Shown here: positions 18,272 through 20,000 of the stretch, one piece after another
How positions within the stretch are numbered: the first letter of the stretch is position 1
Layout: each line of letters begins with the position of its first letter
Assembly: GCA_964576115.1 (NCBI GenBank)
Contig: CAZNUA010000006.1
Location: forward strand, 106,492-126,491
Length of the DNA: 20,000 nucleotides
Origin: an uncultured Gemmatimonadota bacterium
GTDB taxonomy: Bacteria; Blakebacterota; Blakebacteria; Blakebacterales; Blakebacteraceae
Direction: 5' to 3'
Position numbers and translations under genes: made by a program
The notes under the pieces: generated by a model
Told to the model about the DNA's origin: nothing
The model's database searches: none
What the model saw: the letters and a program-made list of their open reading frames with translations, nothing else

Positions 18272-19069
18272 ATGACCGGTATTCGTTTGCGGCAAAGTGT
18301 CCGGAAAATTGTTCCGCTGTTCATCCTGGCGGCTCTGCCCGTCCTGACGGTCCTGCCCGTCCGGGCCGACGCGCAGGCCGATCCCGCCCTGCTCGGGCAG
18401 GTTGACGATCTCCTCGACGACGGCTCGTACTCCGAAGCCATCCCGATCCTGCGGCAGGCCCTCGAGGCCCTGCCGGATTCGTACGACCTGCTCTATCGTC
18501 TCTCCGACGCGCTGACCGAGCACGCCCGCGATCTCGATGAAGACGAGGCCGAACCGGTCTACGAAGAGTCGCTCACCTTCGCCCGGCGAGCCACCGAAGT
18601 GCGGGCCGGGCATGCCGAAGGCTGGTTCATGCTCGGGAAAGCTCTTGGGCGGCTGGCCCTGTTCCGGGGGGGCAAGGAGAAGGTGAACATGTCGAAGGAT
18701 GTCAAGGAAGCCTTCGAGCAGGCCATCGAGCTCGACTCAGAGCACGCCGGCGCCATTCACGGCCTGGCCCGCTGGCACCGCGAGGTGGCCAACCTCTCCT
18801 GGGTCCTGAAAACCGCGGCCAAGATCATCTACGGCGGCCTGCCGCCGGCTTCGAACGAGGAGGCGGTCCGGCTCTTTGAACGGGCGATCGAACTCGAACC
18901 CGACCACATCAACCACCATCTCGAACTCGGCAAGACCTGGCTCGAGATGAAGGAGAAAGACCGGGCTCGGGCCGAACTCGAGATCGCCGTCAGTCTGCCG
19001 CCAACCGAGCCTGACGACGATCGGAACCTCGAAGAGGCTGAACAACTCCTGGCCGGCATCCGTCGGTAG
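18272..19069 (+). CDS. Exported tetratricopeptide-repeat protein, RMD1/RMDN (FAM82)-like (265 aa)
   Basis: ATG 18272 with RBS CAGGAG. Signal peptide (basic N-region, hydrophobic core, ADA-Q) followed by TPR helices. The C-half pattern AIELD...AIH.L..W..EVA.LSW....A..I....P..S.EEA...F.RA..L.P.....L.LGKT....P...DD....EA.QLL matches my recollection of RMD-family TPR domains. Confidence 0.8.
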   Translation: MTGIRLRQSVRKIVPLFILAALPVLTVLPVRADAQADPALLGQVDDLLDDGSYSEAIPILRQALEALPDSYDLLYRLSDALTEHARDLDEDEAEPVYEESLTFARRATEVRAGHAEGWFMLGKALGRLALFRGGKEKVNMSKDVKEAFEQAIELDSEHAGAIHGLARWHREVANLSWVLKTAAKIIYGGLPPASNEEAVRLFERAIELEPDHINHHLELGKTWLEMKEKDRARAELEIAVSLPPTEPDDDRNLEEAEQLLAGIRR

Positions 19070-19138
19070 ACCAGAGCCGTAGCGCGTACCTGACTTGAGC
19101 CCACACCGAACCGGAGCTTGCCCTCCATGAGGGGATCA

Positions 19139-19948
19139 ATGCGTCAGCTTCACAAGACACGAACCCTCGCCAGGCTTTTCTGCCAGCTGATTGTCTTGCT
19201 GCCTCTACTGCTTTCCGTCGGCAGGCTCGAGGCTCAGGAGTTCCCCGAACTGCCCGATCTGCTGCCCCCTCCCGCCGCGGGCCGTCTCTCGGTCATACTG
19301 CTCGGCGGGTGGGGCTCGTTTTCTCAGCAGCCGGTCAATGACATGATCAATCTCGACAACATGCTTCTCACGACTCCGACCTCGCAGGGGGGTGCCGGGC
19401 TGGACAAGGGTCTCGATCAGCTGACCGATTCGGTGACCTGGGGGGCCGAGATCCGCTGGCGGCTGCATCCCCGCTGGTCGGCGGTGGCCGGGTTCCAGCA
19501 CCTGGGAGCCCGGACTGAAATCTCCTTCGAATACGATCCGGGCAGCGGTCCGGTCGATGCCTGGCTCGAATATGAAACCGCCGGTTTTCCGGTCTGGGCC
19601 GGAGCCCTTTACAGCATCCGGCTCAGCCCGCGTCTATCGTACGGGATCGGCCTGGGGGCCGTGTATCTGCCGGCCTCTACCCTCCATCTGGCCGGCTATC
19701 TCGGGGCCATCACCCAGGACCAGGAAGGGACGGCCTCGGGTCTGGGCGCTCTGCTCGCCTGGGAGGGAAATGTGCAGGTCAGCGATCCGATCGCCCTGGT
19801 AACGTCGGTGCGCCTGCGGCTGGCCCGGATCGGAGATCCCGAAGACGACACCGGCGCGAAAATTACCAATCCCCAAACGGGGGATCCTCTGACCCTCGAC
19901 TGGTCGGGTGTGGACATCCTGATCGGAGTGCGGTTCTCGATCTTATAA
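19139..19948 (+). CDS. Putative outer-membrane beta-barrel protein (about 8 strands), unknown function
   Basis: ATG 19139 with RBS GAGGGG. Signal peptide ending LEA-Q, alternating hydrophobic strands (WGAEIRWRL, WSAVAGFQHL, VWAGALYSI, LSYGIGLGAVY), and C-terminal strand GVDILIGVRF. Confidence 0.65.
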   Translation: MRQLHKTRTLARLFCQLIVLLPLLLSVGRLEAQEFPELPDLLPPPAAGRLSVILLGGWGSFSQQPVNDMINLDNMLLTTPTSQGGAGLDKGLDQLTDSVTWGAEIRWRLHPRWSAVAGFQHLGARTEISFEYDPGSGPVDAWLEYETAGFPVWAGALYSIRLSPRLSYGIGLGAVYLPASTLHLAGYLGAITQDQEGTASGLGALLAWEGNVQVSDPIALVTSVRLRLARIGDPEDDTGAKITNPQTGDPLTLDWSGVDILIGVRFSIL

Positions 19949-20000
19949 AAAGATGAGACATAGCGGAAGGAGGTGTTCTCCGCAGGAGAAGTAACTATAA

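Noticed and set aside
19949..20000. GTAACTATAA at the window end resembling the 23S rRNA I-CeuI site, plus a perfect SD AAGGAGGTG, a 6-bp hairpin and a 13-codon ORF (MRHSGRRCSPQEK)
   Set aside because: The preceding sequence is not 23S-like. The SD has no properly spaced start, the mini-ORF has no RBS, and the context is truncated by the window edge.

Overview
A GC-rich (roughly 65%) bacterial chromosomal segment from a diderm. The SecA insertion and the TonB/ExbD styles suggest the FCB superphylum, but this is inference. Most genes are on the minus strand, in this transcription order: exbB-exbD-exbD-tonB; a Yip1-domain membrane protein split by a 100-N assembly gap; tolC, membrane fusion protein, ABC ATPase and two MacB-type permeases; ribD-ribE-ribBA-ribH-nusB; a calcineurin-like metallophosphoesterase; secA; a small GT9-N-domain-like protein; and a GT9 heptosyltransferase-like gene that runs off the left edge and is missing from the ORF track. 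Two genes are divergent on the plus strand: an exported TPR protein resembling eukaryotic RMD/RMDN (FAM82/PTPIP51) proteins, and an outer-membrane beta-barrel. I found no rRNA, tRNA, CRISPR array or mobile element, and the window is largely housekeeping. The best leads are the RMDN-like periplasmic protein, the structured exbB leader and divergent promoter region, the Yip1 plus dual-permease TolC exporter, a phosphoesterase coupled to the riboflavin operon, and a loop insertion in RibH. All functional suggestions for these are hypotheses.
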